The notes: generated from the sequence alone by a model not told the origin. A stretch of DNA of 64,000 bases from a bacterium (GCA_965207065.1 OZ242260.1:2688001-2752000), one strand, 5' to 3'; positions 36,290 to 46,586 are shown, numbered from the stretch's first letter. Numbers and translations are program-made.

Positions 36290-37070
36290 GCGGGGTTGAG
36301 AAAGCCCGTTCCGGAAGCGGGCGGCATGGCGGTTCACGCGGCGCGGGCGGGCGCCGCGATGGTTTTGCAGCCCGCCGTGGTCCTCCTTCGTCAGAAGGGG
36401 CGCGGTCGCCTCGGAGGGGCGCGGGGGCCTGTCCGCTGCCGTGAACCATTCGGTGATTGGCATTCCCGCCCTCGGCTCGAAACCACCCTTGACAGGGGGT
36501 GAAAGCGATGCCCCGGGCGAGGACTTTTTCAACAGCCCCGACGCGCCGGGATTCGCCGCCTTCGCTCTCGCCCCGTTCCCTGATTCCATGAGAAACCTCC
36601 GCGCTTTCCATTCCGCAGGATGCGGGAAAATCGTTTTCCGGCGCCGCGCGCACGATAGCGGAATGCGGGGTTTCAGGGCGTGTGGCAAATGCGGGGAAAT
36701 GCGGGGAGGCGCGGGGCGAGAGGAACGCGCCCGCTCCCAAAGCCGGGTTATTCAACAACCCCTTGTCGGGGGGGTATAAAAAGGTGTTGCGTCCCCGCTG
36801 GGTAGAGGGGGCTTTGCTTTTTCTTGACCCCCTGACAAGGGGAGGTAGGGGGGTTGGCAGGTAGCGGTTCCTCCTCGGTCGGAACCTGCTCCTCGGGAGC
36901 GCCCCATACATATATGTCCGGCCCTGCACCTGCGTTGATTCGTAAACGTGTAGCGGACAGGCCCCCGCGCCTGTCCGAGGTTGCGACCTGTCCCTACCCC
37001 CCCCCGCATCAATTCCTGCACCCCGTCCGCGTCGAACCTTCGTTCGTCGGGGATTTCAACAACCTCTTGC
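36290..37070. repeat. Mosaic of MITE-end-like and REP-like repeats in the aceE-TRAP intergenic region
   Basis: TTTTTCAACAGCCCC near 36525, TTATTCAACAACCCC near 36748, ATTTCAACAACCTC near 37053; GTAG..GTCCCTAC REP at about 36950-36997; CCCC-TGACA-GGGG arms. Confidence 0.65.
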
Positions 37071-37291
37071 GGGTCGGAGCCCGTGCAGGAACTCGGGAGT
37101 GTCGATTCCCCCGGCTTGACCAATCTTCGTGAATTTTGCGGTTGCGCCGGAATAGCGCTTGGCATAGTATATTTACTTGCGTCACAACACATTGCCGATG
37201 AGTTTGAAAGGGTGGTTGGCCGTTCGTATTCGTCCGGCGAACCGGTAGCTGATGATGTGGGAATTAACCAACTCTCATAAAGGAGAACCCC

Positions 37292-38407
37292 ATGAAACGT
37301 CGTGACTTTATTGCCGGGACCGCGGCAGGGACCGCCGCTGCGGTCGTGGCAGGCAGCGGGTTGGCCCGGGCGCAGAAGGCGCCCGCCGTAATGAGGAAGC
37401 GCCTCGAGATCGCCATCGTCACCACCTGGCCGCGCGATTTTCCGGGGCTCGGCACCGGAGCGCAGCGTTTCGCCAAACGGCTCCAGGATATGAGCGACGG
37501 CCGCATCAAGGTGAGCTACTTCGCCGCGGGCGAGCGCGTCGGCGCCTTCGACTCGTTCGACGAGGTGGCGTCGGGCAACGCGCAGGCCTATCACGCGGCC
37601 GACTACTACTGGAAGGGCAAGCATCCGGGTTGGGCCTATTTCACCGCCGTTCCGTTCGGCCTCACCTACACCGAGTTCAACGCCTGGATCCGTTTCGGCG
37701 GCGGGCAGCAGCTCTGGGACGAACTGGCCGCAGGGTTCGGGCTCAAGGGCGTCATGTGCGGCAACACGGGCGTCCAGATGGGCGGCTGGTTCCGCAAGGA
37801 GATCAACAGCCCCGACGACCTGAAGGGCCTCAAGATGCGTATCCCGGGCTTGGGCGGCGACGTCATGGCGAAGCTCGGCGCCTCGCCGGTATCCCTGCCG
37901 GGCGGGCAGATCTACGAGAACCTGGTCTCGGGCGCCATCGACGCCACCGAATGGGTGGGGCCGTGGAACGACGAGTTCATGAAGTTCTACGAGGCGGCCA
38001 AGTACTACTACTATCCGGGCATGCACGAGCCCGGCTCGATGCTGTCCGCGGGCTTCAACAAGAAGTTCTGGGATTCGCTCTCGAAGGCCGATCAGACGAT
38101 GATCGAGGCCGCGGCCGCCATGGAGAACGACGTGATGATGGCCGAGTACAACGCCAAGAACGGCGCTGCGCTGGCGCGGCTCACGCGCGATCAGGGCGTG
38201 CAGGTGCGCAAGTTCAACGACGACATCTACGACGCATTCGGCAAAGCGGCCGAAGAAGTCTTCGCGGGGGTGGTGACCCACAGCCCGCTCGCCAAGCGCA
38301 TCCATGAGAGTTTCGACAAGGCGCGCCGGGAGATCGGCGCATGGTCGAATCTCGCCGACCAGGCGTTCGTGGCGCAGCGCAACCGCGTGCTGGGCGTCTC
38401 GAACTAG
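37292..38407 (+). CDS. dctP: TRAP transporter substrate-binding protein (TakP-like), Tat signal
   Basis: MKRRDFI; AADYYWKGK; GNTGVQMGGWFRKEI; KMRIPGLGG; IDATEWVGP. Confidence 0.93.
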   Translation: MKRRDFIAGTAAGTAAAVVAGSGLARAQKAPAVMRKRLEIAIVTTWPRDFPGLGTGAQRFAKRLQDMSDGRIKVSYFAAGERVGAFDSFDEVASGNAQAYHAADYYWKGKHPGWAYFTAVPFGLTYTEFNAWIRFGGGQQLWDELAAGFGLKGVMCGNTGVQMGGWFRKEINSPDDLKGLKMRIPGLGGDVMAKLGASPVSLPGGQIYENLVSGAIDATEWVGPWNDEFMKFYEAAKYYYYPGMHEPGSMLSAGFNKKFWDSLSKADQTMIEAAAAMENDVMMAEYNAKNGAALARLTRDQGVQVRKFNDDIYDAFGKAAEEVFAGVVTHSPLAKRIHESFDKARREIGAWSNLADQAFVAQRNRVLGVSN

Positions 38408-38449
38408 GCGACCGGCGCATAGCATGACGGACCGCTACGGTTTTTTACG

Positions 38450-39457
38450 GTGACGGAAGATCGGTTGAACGAGGACGAAAGACGGCCCGGCATCGCGGAC
38501 GCGCTCTACCGCGCGTTCGCGCTGTCGCTGGCCGTGACGACGTTCGTGTTTCTCTTCAACAACTATCTGGTCTACTGGTTCGGCTGGCCGGGCGTCGCGC
38601 GCATCATGGGCGGCGCCCCGCCCGGCGGGGCCGCGGCCATGCTGGCATGGCTTCAGAGCGCCGGCTACGTCATTCCGGTCGCCGCCATCACCGTCTTCGC
38701 GCTCCGGAACCGCGAGAGGCCGTTCGCCTCGGACGCGGCGCTTCTCTATTCCGTCACCGCCTATGTTATCTCTGCGGCCTTCTGGTCGACGTTCTTCATC
38801 GGGATCGTCGACGGCGTCATATCGTTCCTGCGCGTGGAAGGCCTCCTGCCCGCGGTGTTCGGCAAGGCGCTGGCCCGGCAACTGGGCGTCTCGAGTTTCC
38901 GCGGCCTCTACGTGCACTTGCCGCTCATGCTCGCGGCGGCCGTAGTGGCCTGCTTCAGGCGGGGGCTCGATTTCATCTGGCTCGCGCTTCTCGTGGTCGT
39001 CGCCGAGTTCCAGATAGTCATCGCGCGCTTCATCTTCTCTTATGAGCAGGCGTTCATGGGCGATCTGGTGCGTTTCTGGTACGCAGCACTTTTCCTGTTC
39101 GCCAGCGCCCACACCCTGGTCGCCGGAGGCCACGTCCGCGTGGACGTGCTCTACACGCATTTCAGCGATCGGCGCAAGGCCCTGGTCAACGCGTGGGGCT
39201 CCATACTGCTCGGCGTGCCGCTGTGCTGGACCATCCTCGCCGTCGGCATGTCGGGCAAGGCGTCCGTCATCAACAGCCCGTTGCTGTATTACGAAACCTC
39301 CCAGAGCGGGTACGGTCTCTACGTCAAGTACCTGATGGCGGGTTTCCTCGCCGTCTACGCTGTGTCCATGATGACGCAGTTCCTGGCTTACTACCTCGAC
39401 GCCATGGCGGTTCTCCGCGGGCAGTCGCCGAGCCGACCCGCACACGAGCCGGCCTGA
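38450..39457 (+). CDS. dctQ: TRAP small permease, N-terminally extended
   Basis: GGHVRVDVLY motif; 335 aa with extra TM segments. Confidence 0.85.
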   Translation: MTEDRLNEDERRPGIADALYRAFALSLAVTTFVFLFNNYLVYWFGWPGVARIMGGAPPGGAAAMLAWLQSAGYVIPVAAITVFALRNRERPFASDAALLYSVTAYVISAAFWSTFFIGIVDGVISFLRVEGLLPAVFGKALARQLGVSSFRGLYVHLPLMLAAAVVACFRRGLDFIWLALLVVVAEFQIVIARFIFSYEQAFMGDLVRFWYAALFLFASAHTLVAGGHVRVDVLYTHFSDRRKALVNAWGSILLGVPLCWTILAVGMSGKASVINSPLLYYETSQSGYGLYVKYLMAGFLAVYAVSMMTQFLAYYLDAMAVLRGQSPSRPAHEPA

Positions 39458-39459
39458 CC

Positions 39460-42111
39460 GTGGAGCTTTTCTTTCTCGCACTGCTGGTCCTGGCCATGGC
39501 CTTGGCGCTGGCGTCGGGCTACCCGGTGGCCTTCGCGCTGCCCGGCTCGGCCATCCTGACCATCGCCCTCGCGTCGATCACCGGCTACATTTTCGCCGGG
39601 GACGCCAGCGCCTTCTTCGCGCAGGACGGCCCCGTTCAGTGGCTGACGGCCGGCGTCACCAATTTCCGGGGCGTCTACTGGGAGGTCGAGCGCGACACCA
39701 TCATCGCCGTGCCCCTGTTCGTGTTCATGGGCATCATGCTGCAGCGCTCGAAGATCGCCGAAGACCTGCTGGTGACCATGGCGCGCCTGTTCGGGCCGGT
39801 TCCGGGGGGGCTCGGCATCTCGGTGGTGCTGGTGGGCGCGCTGCTGGCCGCCACCACCGGCATTCTCGGCGCCACGGTGGTGGCCATGGGCCTCATCTCG
39901 CTGCCGGCCATGCTGCGCAACGGCTACTCGCGCCGGCTCGCCACCGGCACCATCTGCGCGTCGGGCACGCTGGGGCAGATCATCCCGCCCTCGGTGGTGC
40001 TCATCATCCTGGCCGACCAGCTCTCGAACGCCACCGATCAGGCGGGCACGCTGCGGCTGGTGGACTTCAAGGCCTCCACCGGCCAGTTCATCATGCCCAC
40101 GGAATTCAGCATCACCTCGGCCAGCGCGGGCGACATGTTCCTGGGCGCCATCGTGCCCGGCCTGGTGCTGGTGGGCCTCTACGTCGCCTACATACTCGCG
40201 GCCGCCCTCATCCGGCCGAACACCGCGCCGGCCATCCCCATGGAAGGCGACTTCGACCGCCAGTTCGCCGCCCGCGTGGTGATGGCGCTGATTCCGCCCC
40301 TGGCGCTCATCCTGGCCGTGCTCGGCTCCATCATCGCGGGCATCGCCACGGTCAACCAGGCGGGCGCCATCGGCGCCGTCGGCGCCACCATCATGGCGGG
40401 CTACCGGTTGAGCGAGGGTCAGCGCGGGTGCTACACGCCGGCCATCATCGCGGGCCTGTCCCTGCTCGCGCTCTTCATCCTGCTGGTCACCGTCGACCTG
40501 AACATACGCACCATCCACGGCGCCTACGAGGCTATCGGCGTGACGTTCGCCGGAATCGCGGTCGCCGGCCTGCTGGTCTCCGTGGCCTGGAGCGGCTGGC
40601 GCGCCTACCGCACCGAGAACATGCTCGCGGGCGTCATGGTCGAGACCGCCAAGACCACCGCCATGGTCTTCATCATCCTCCTGGGCGCGGCCATGCTCAC
40701 CTCCGCCTTCCGGGGCTTCGGCGGCGAGGAGTTGGTGAAGGAGTTCCTCACCACCCTGCCCGGCGGCTTCTGGAGCCAGTTCATCGTCGTCATGGCGGTG
40801 ATCTTCATCCTCGGGTTTTTCCTCGATTTCATCGAGATCGCGGTTGTGGTGGTGCCCATCGTGGCCCCCATCCTGCTCTCGGACCCCTCGGCCAACGTCA
40901 CCGCGGTCTGGCTCGGGGTGATGATCGGCGTCAACATGCAGACCTCTTTCCTGACGCCGCCGTTCGGTTTCGCGCTGTTCTACCTGCGCGGCGTGGCGCC
41001 GCCCGCCGTGCTGACGACGGACATCTACCGGGGCGTGGTCCCCTTCATCGTGCTGCAGCTCATGGCCCTGGGCATCGTCGGCTTCTATCCGCCCCTGGTG
41101 AACTACCTGCCGACGCGCACGTCGCTCACGGGCGAGACCGCGCCGCCCCCGCGCAACCCGCGCTTGCAGGCCTGCCTGGAGCAGCACCTCTTCGAGCAGT
41201 ACGACCGCGACGGCGAGAAGATACGCGCAAGCATTGGAGCCGCGCAAAAACTCGATACCGGCTATCTGCCCAAAAAAGTCCGGGGGAAACTGACCGGCGG
41301 CATGGAGAAGGCGGCCCGTACCTTCGACCTGGTCGCGCAAGTGCGCCGTGCGAGTGCGGAGCGCATAAGGTTCGGGGAGACATACAAGCCCTTGCACACC
41401 GTCATCAGGCGCGTCAACGCGGACGAGAGGCGGATCGACCGCGAGATCCGCGAGATCCGCACCACCATCCGGCGCATGGGGCGGGATGCGGACGGGGCGG
41501 CGGCGCTGCGCCACGAGATCGAGGAGTTGACGAAGCTTAGGGCGCGCACCGAGGCGAGACGTCCCGAGGGCGGGAAGAAGATGCGCCGGCGATACCAGAC
41601 TCTCGAAAAGACGGAGACCCGCGCCCGCCGCACATACCGGCGCAACGTCGACGACGCCTACGCCTCCGTGACCACGGTGCGCGAGATGCTGGCGAAGGTG
41701 GCCGCCCTGGAAGAAGCCGGCGCCAGGCTCAAGGGGCTGCCCGAAATCCTGCAGACGCAGACGGCCAAAAAGGCGGGTTCCGCCATCCGCGAGGCCGAGC
41801 GCGCGTTCAGAAAAGTTCCCGGTACCTACGATCTGCGCTCGGGTCTCTCCAGGGCGCGCGCGGACGCGAGACGTGGCAAGTCCGGCAAGAAGCGCGCCGG
41901 GAAGCGCCTGAATGACGTGATCGCCCTGTTCGAGCGCGAGGTGGCCTGGCGAACCCGCGCCGCCCGGGAACTGGACCGCGGTCTGGCGGCTTATGAGGCC
42001 GTGCTGCGGGAAACCATCGGCGTCCGGCAGCTGGAGCGGCTGCCGAGCCGGCTCGCGAAACCCGTGGCGGCCTGCATGTCGAACCACCGCGACATCTCGC
42101 TCAGCTTCTAG
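39460..42111 (+). CDS. dctM: TRAP large permease with a long soluble C-terminal extension
   Basis: GYPVAFAL; AVPLFVFMG; GTLGQIIPPS; QTSFLTPPFG; start GTG 39460; charged helical tail of over 300 aa. Confidence 0.9.
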   Translation: MELFFLALLVLAMALALASGYPVAFALPGSAILTIALASITGYIFAGDASAFFAQDGPVQWLTAGVTNFRGVYWEVERDTIIAVPLFVFMGIMLQRSKIAEDLLVTMARLFGPVPGGLGISVVLVGALLAATTGILGATVVAMGLISLPAMLRNGYSRRLATGTICASGTLGQIIPPSVVLIILADQLSNATDQAGTLRLVDFKASTGQFIMPTEFSITSASAGDMFLGAIVPGLVLVGLYVAYILAAALIRPNTAPAIPMEGDFDRQFAARVVMALIPPLALILAVLGSIIAGIATVNQAGAIGAVGATIMAGYRLSEGQRGCYTPAIIAGLSLLALFILLVTVDLNIRTIHGAYEAIGVTFAGIAVAGLLVSVAWSGWRAYRTENMLAGVMVETAKTTAMVFIILLGAAMLTSAFRGFGGEELVKEFLTTLPGGFWSQFIVVMAVIFILGFFLDFIEIAVVVVPIVAPILLSDPSANVTAVWLGVMIGVNMQTSFLTPPFGFALFYLRGVAPPAVLTTDIYRGVVPFIVLQLMALGIVGFYPPLVNYLPTRTSLTGETAPPPRNPRLQACLEQHLFEQYDRDGEKIRASIGAAQKLDTGYLPKKVRGKLTGGMEKAARTFDLVAQVRRASAERIRFGETYKPLHTVIRRVNADERRIDREIREIRTTIRRMGRDADGAAALRHEIEELTKLRARTEARRPEGGKKMRRRYQTLEKTETRARRTYRRNVDDAYASVTTVREMLAKVAALEEAGARLKGLPEILQTQTAKKAGSAIREAERAFRKVPGTYDLRSGLSRARADARRGKSGKKRAGKRLNDVIALFEREVAWRTRAARELDRGLAAYEAVLRETIGVRQLERLPSRLAKPVAACMSNHRDISLSF

Positions 42112-42243
42112 GGGGGTAAGCGCGAGCGCCCGACCTTGAACATCAACGAACTCACTTACGACGCGCCCCCTTGAGATCAGCCTCACCCTGCAGATTCTTC
42201 CTTGGGCCTCTCTCGCTTCGAAATGGACGAACACGCGGCTTTC

Positions 42244-42267
42244 GTAGGGGCGGCTCGCGAGCCGCCC
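42244..42267. repeat. GTAG-type REP
   Basis: GTAGGGGCGGCTCGCGAGCCGCCC. Confidence 0.8.
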
Positions 42268-42417
42268 GATTGGGTTTGTTACGCAACACGATCTTTTTTT
42301 CTTGCCTTTTTCGAGAAGATTACTCCTTGCGCATCGCCTCTTGATGGGCGAAAACATATCGGCGCGTTATGATCGTGGTATGATGTTCGTCGTTCGGAGC
42401 GAACTAGGAAAACTGAC

Positions 42418-43518
42418 ATGGAAAAATTGAAAACCGTCGAGATCAAGGGTTTCCGGTCCATTAAGGAGATGAAGCTGGAACTCCGATCGCTCAATGTTCT
42501 AATCGGCGCCAACGGCTCAGGGAAGAGCAATCTCATCGCCTTCTTCAAGTTGGTGAACGAGCTAATGGGCGGACGGCTTCAGCAACATATCGGCGCGACG
42601 GGGCGAACCACGGCCAATTTACACTTCGGCCCTAAGGTAACTCCCCAACTGGAAGCGGAAATGGTGTTCGAAGTGGGAAATGGAACGGACACCTATTTGA
42701 TGCGCCTGTTTAACGCCGCCGGTGATTCCCTGATTTTCGCCGAAGAAACGCTTTCTTTCCTCCAAACAGGCTATTCCAGCCCAAAGATCGTACCTCTAGG
42801 CAGCGGTCATCAGGAAACGCGGATAGGAGAGAAGGCGGACGAAGGTGACCCGACGGCGAAAACGCTCAGGTATTTACTGAATCGCTGCCGCGTCTATCAC
42901 TTCCACGACACGTCGCCGACTTCAAGAATCATGGGATATAGTTACATTGGTGACAATCGCTGGCTGATGCCCGATGCGGCGAATCTGGCGGCGATATTGC
43001 ATGAACTAAAATGTTCCAATGAAAAGGTGTATCACCGAATAGTATCAACTATTCAACAGGTGGCCCCGTTTTTCGATGACTTCGACTTAGAGCCGAAAAA
43101 TTCCAAAGAAATTATCCTCAACTGGCGGCACCGCGCGTCCGATCTCGTCTTTGGTCCCCATCAACTATCAGACGGAACGCTGCGGGCCATCTGCCTGATT
43201 TCCCTGCTGTTGCAGCCCAAAGAAAACCTCCCCTGTCTGATCGTGGTGGATGAACCGGAACTGGGATTACACCCCTATGCGCTCAACGTGATTGCCTCGT
43301 TGTTTCGCGCCGCAAGTCACCATAGACAGGTTCTCGTCAGCACGCAGTCCAGCGCGTTTCTCGACAGCTTCGAACCGGAGGACATCGTGCTCGTCGAGCG
43401 TAAGGGCGAGGCTACGGAATTCGGGAGAGCGGACGCCGACAAGCTCGACGCATGGCTGGAGGATTACTCGCTCGGGGAAATCTGGGAGAAGAACATCCTC
43501 GGCGCGGGCCCACACTAA
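42418..43518 (+). CDS. ABC/SMC-like AAA ATPase (AAA_21-type)
   Basis: IKGFRSI; LIGANGSGKSN; LSDGT signature; VVDEPELGLHP; STQS; lower GC. Confidence 0.9.
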   Translation: MEKLKTVEIKGFRSIKEMKLELRSLNVLIGANGSGKSNLIAFFKLVNELMGGRLQQHIGATGRTTANLHFGPKVTPQLEAEMVFEVGNGTDTYLMRLFNAAGDSLIFAEETLSFLQTGYSSPKIVPLGSGHQETRIGEKADEGDPTAKTLRYLLNRCRVYHFHDTSPTSRIMGYSYIGDNRWLMPDAANLAAILHELKCSNEKVYHRIVSTIQQVAPFFDDFDLEPKNSKEIILNWRHRASDLVFGPHQLSDGTLRAICLISLLLQPKENLPCLIVVDEPELGLHPYALNVIASLFRAASHHRQVLVSTQSSAFLDSFEPEDIVLVERKGEATEFGRADADKLDAWLEDYSLGEIWEKNILGAGPH

Positions 43519-44201
43519 TGGTCCGGCTCCACCTTTTTGTCGAAGGTCAAACCGAGCAGACATTCGCCGATATGGTCTTGAAACCACACTTGGCGAATTT
43601 CGATGTCTTCATGCAAAAACCGGCTCTGATCGCACACGCTCATAAAAAAGGGAAGGTTCATCGAGGGGGCGGAAGAAATTTCCTGGCGATGCAGAAGGAT
43701 ATCCTGACCCGTCTCAAGGAGGATCCGGGGAGTGACGTGTTTTTCACCACGATGATCGATCTTTACGGCCTGCCTGCTAATTTTCCCGGTATCGAGGAAG
43801 CTGAAAAATTGCGCCATCTCCCTTATGAACGTGTGGTAGCCCTCGAAACGTCCTGGGTTGACGATACCGAAGATAAGCGCTTCATCCCCTTCATTCAGTT
43901 GCATGAATTCGAGGCTTATTTGTTTTGCGACGTGTCCCGATTCGATTTCTTCTTTGATAATGCGGATTCCGAAGTCTCTGCTTTGCTGAAAATAGCCGAT
44001 CAGTTCCAGTCACCGGAACTGATCGACGACGGCCAACACACGGCCCCATCGAAGCGAATCAGCGGCCAATTTCCTGAATATGAGGACTCAAAGCCTACGA
44101 TTGGATCACAGATGGCCGAACGAATTGGCCTGGAAAATATACGCTCCCAATGCTCTCACTTCAATGGGTGGATTGAGCGGCTGGAGAAACTCGGGACGTA
44201 G
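43518..44201 (+). CDS. DUF4276 family (TOPRIM-like) protein
   Basis: LFVEGQTEQTF; TTMIDLYGLP; FIPFIQLHEFEAYLF; SPELIDDG..TAPSKRI; TAATG coupling to the ATPase. Confidence 0.85.
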   Translation: MVRLHLFVEGQTEQTFADMVLKPHLANFDVFMQKPALIAHAHKKGKVHRGGGRNFLAMQKDILTRLKEDPGSDVFFTTMIDLYGLPANFPGIEEAEKLRHLPYERVVALETSWVDDTEDKRFIPFIQLHEFEAYLFCDVSRFDFFFDNADSEVSALLKIADQFQSPELIDDGQHTAPSKRISGQFPEYEDSKPTIGSQMAERIGLENIRSQCSHFNGWIERLEKLGT

Positions 44202-44227
44202 CTACCTTGAGACAATGGCGAATAGCA

Positions 44228-44252
44228 GGGTCGGTTCGCGAGCCGCCCCTGC
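44228..44252. repeat. Degenerate REP in inverted orientation
   Basis: GGGTCGGTTCGCGAGCCGCCCCTGC. Confidence 0.7.
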
Positions 44253-44263
44253 ATTACCAGCCC

Positions 44264-45169
44264 TTACCCGCCGCTATCCTCCCTCTCCTCGAACACCTTA
44301 TACACCGCCGCGCTGTCGAGGGAGCCGAATCCCAGTTCCTGTCCTTCTGTGTAAAAGGGCAGGCAGAGATCGCCGAGCGGCATGTTGGCGCTCACACTCT
44401 CTCCTAAGGCGAGGCCGAGCTTGATGTCCTTGGTCAGCACGTCGAGCGTACTCACGGGGTTCGAGAAGTCTCCGCTCACCATCCGGGGGCCTCGGTTTCT
44501 GAGCTGCCTGCTGTCGGCGGCGCTCCGCATGAAGGCGTCCAGCAGGAGTTCCCCTTTCACGCCCGCTCTCAGGCCCATGCGCAGCGTCTCGGCGATGGCG
44601 CACCGCTGCAGACAGGTGAGGTAGTTGATGAGCACCTTCATCGTCGCGCCGTCGCCCGCGGCACCGCAATGAATCTGATCGGACAACAGGCGGCCGAGCA
44701 TGTCTTTCACGAGCGCGTGCGTCCGTTCCTCCCCGCCCACGAGAAAGAGGCCCGAGCGGTTCTTCACGTTCTCGCTGTTGCCGCTCACGCACGCCTCCAT
44801 GAAGTCGAAGCTGCGCTCTGCGCACAGCCGCGCCATCTCGCGCGTGTCCTCGGGGTCCGCCGTGGTGGTGTCGACCACGGCCTTTGGTTTCTTGTCGGGA
44901 TCGGCCGTGAGATATCCACCCGCACCCCGGGCGCATTCGAGCGATATCTTCGAGTTTGGCACCGAGATGAATACGAAATCGGCCGTCTCGGCCACTTCCT
45001 TGGGAGAGGCGAGCACGGAGCCTCCCAGCGTCTTGAATTCATCCTGCGCCGCCGGGACCGGGTCCGCCCCCACGAGCCGGTAGCCGTCCTCGATCAGGTT
45101 CCTGGAAAACGCCCGGCCCATGAGGCCCAGGCCGATGAAGCCGATGGTTTCTTCTCTTTGCGTGTTCAC
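44264..45169 (-). CDS. 3-hydroxyisobutyrate/beta-hydroxyacid dehydrogenase family protein
   Basis: IGFIGLGLMG; EACVSG; GATMKVLIN; KDIKL. Confidence 0.9.
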   Translation of the reverse strand: MNTQREETIGFIGLGLMGRAFSRNLIEDGYRLVGADPVPAAQDEFKTLGGSVLASPKEVAETADFVFISVPNSKISLECARGAGGYLTADPDKKPKAVVDTTTADPEDTREMARLCAERSFDFMEACVSGNSENVKNRSGLFLVGGEERTHALVKDMLGRLLSDQIHCGAAGDGATMKVLINYLTCLQRCAIAETLRMGLRAGVKGELLLDAFMRSAADSRQLRNRGPRMVSGDFSNPVSTLDVLTKDIKLGLALGESVSANMPLGDLCLPFYTEGQELGFGSLDSAAVYKVFEEREDSGG

Positions 45170-45268
45170 ACTTTTCTCCCTGCGTCGATGCTTTCATGGT
45201 GATGTGTGGGTGGTTTATTCATTTGGGAAACGTCGTCGGGACCCGAAGGTTGCCGGTAAGTATGAAAT

Positions 45269-46318
45269 TCAGCTTTCCTGATTCGGTAAAAGCACCACCT
45301 TGATGGCCCCGTCTTTTCGCTCGCGCATCATCTCGATGCCCCGGTGCACCATGGAAAGCGGTATCTGGTGCGTGATCATGGGTTTAATGTTCAACTCACC
45401 GCGCGCGGCGAGGTCGATGCAGACCTCGAAGGTGTCGGGGTGTCCGCGTGAGCCGATGATCTCTTTTTCCAGATGCTGGAGGTGTTCGAGCGGTATGGGC
45501 GCATCCACCGAGAACGCGCCCACGACGACGATGCGCCCGCCCTTGCGCGCCATCTCGAAGGCCTGCGCCATCGTCTTGTTCTGCGCCCCGCCCACGACTT
45601 CGAGCACGGCGTCCGCCCCGTGCCCGCCGGTCAGGTCCTGCACGGCGGTAACGGAATCGTACGCGCGCACGTCTATCGTCTCATCCGCCCCCATCTCCCG
45701 GGCGACTTCGAGCCTTTCCGCCACCGCATCGATGGCGATGACGCGGGCGCCGACGTATTTCGCAGCGGCCAGCGCGCACATGCCCACAGGCCCCATCCCG
45801 ATGATGGCCACGGTCTCGCCGGCTTCCAGCCGCGCGCGGTTCATCACCACGTGGTAGCCCGTCCCCAGCGTCTGCATCACCGAGGCAGTAGCGTCGTCCA
45901 GATCATCAGGCAGGGGCAGCACGGACTTGGCGGGCGCCACGACATGCCGGCTGTAGCCGCCGTCGGCGTTCATGCCGATGGAGCGCGAGTTGTTGCACAG
46001 GTTCACCCGGCCCATCTTGCAGAAATAGCATTCCCCGCAGTGCACGTGGTTCTCGATGCAGGCGCGCGCGCCGACTTCCACGCCTTCTACGCCCGGACCC
46101 AGCGCGCTCACCACGCCCATGAGTTCATGGCCCGGCACGACGGGGTATTTCGCGCGCCGCACGTGTCCGTCCATCAGGTGGAAATCGCTGCCGCATATCG
46201 CGCAGGCGCCGACTTCGACGAGCACCTCGCCGGCGCCGGGTTGGGGAACGGGGCGCTCCACGAGTTCGAGCCTCCCCGGTTCATGCAAAAGCGCCGCGAG
46301 TGAATTTTGCGCGTTCAA
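45269..46318 (-). CDS. Zn-dependent MDR alcohol dehydrogenase (threonine/sorbitol DH-like)
   Basis: AICGSDFH; PGHE; CGECYFC..NLC; GMGPVG; GGAGG RBS before TTG 46318. Confidence 0.92.
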   Translation of the reverse strand: MNAQNSLAALLHEPGRLELVERPVPQPGAGEVLVEVGACAICGSDFHLMDGHVRRAKYPVVPGHELMGVVSALGPGVEGVEVGARACIENHVHCGECYFCKMGRVNLCNNSRSIGMNADGGYSRHVVAPAKSVLPLPDDLDDATASVMQTLGTGYHVVMNRARLEAGETVAIIGMGPVGMCALAAAKYVGARVIAIDAVAERLEVAREMGADETIDVRAYDSVTAVQDLTGGHGADAVLEVVGGAQNKTMAQAFEMARKGGRIVVVGAFSVDAPIPLEHLQHLEKEIIGSRGHPDTFEVCIDLAARGELNIKPMITHQIPLSMVHRGIEMMRERKDGAIKVVLLPNQES

Positions 46319-46461
46319 GGGGAATCCTCCGGTGGTGATTTTGGGTTTTCGGCAATTTGGCGACGCACTATAAGGTTTTATCCCGCGCTTCGCCAGAGGA
46401 GGGGGTTTCCCAGATGGGGTTGTTGAAAAGGCCGTATGGAGAGCCTGCAAGTAGATGGGTT

Positions 46462-46586
46462 GTAGGGACAGACCCCTGTGCCTGTCCGAGGTCGTGACCT
46501 GTCCGGGCCTCCGAGCTTATCCCTGCGAAGCGCAACCACGGGGATGGATATATCCGATTTGGGCGGCCACGGGGGGCCGCCCCTAC
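46462..46586. repeat. Inverted pair of GTAG REPs
   Basis: GTAGGGACAGACCCCTGTGCCTGTCC... and GGGCGGCCACGGGGGGCCGCCCCTAC. Confidence 0.7.

Noticed and set aside
36092-36929. 198-aa and 246-aa ORFs in the aceE-TRAP gap
   Set aside because: They are translations of repeat elements with no recognisable protein features.
39391-42357. 988-aa antisense ORF, and similar long shadow ORFs such as 10647..12530, 21600..23102, 33367..34707 and 36752..38425
   Set aside because: They overlap well-supported genes and lack motifs; expected from stop-codon scarcity in high-GC DNA.
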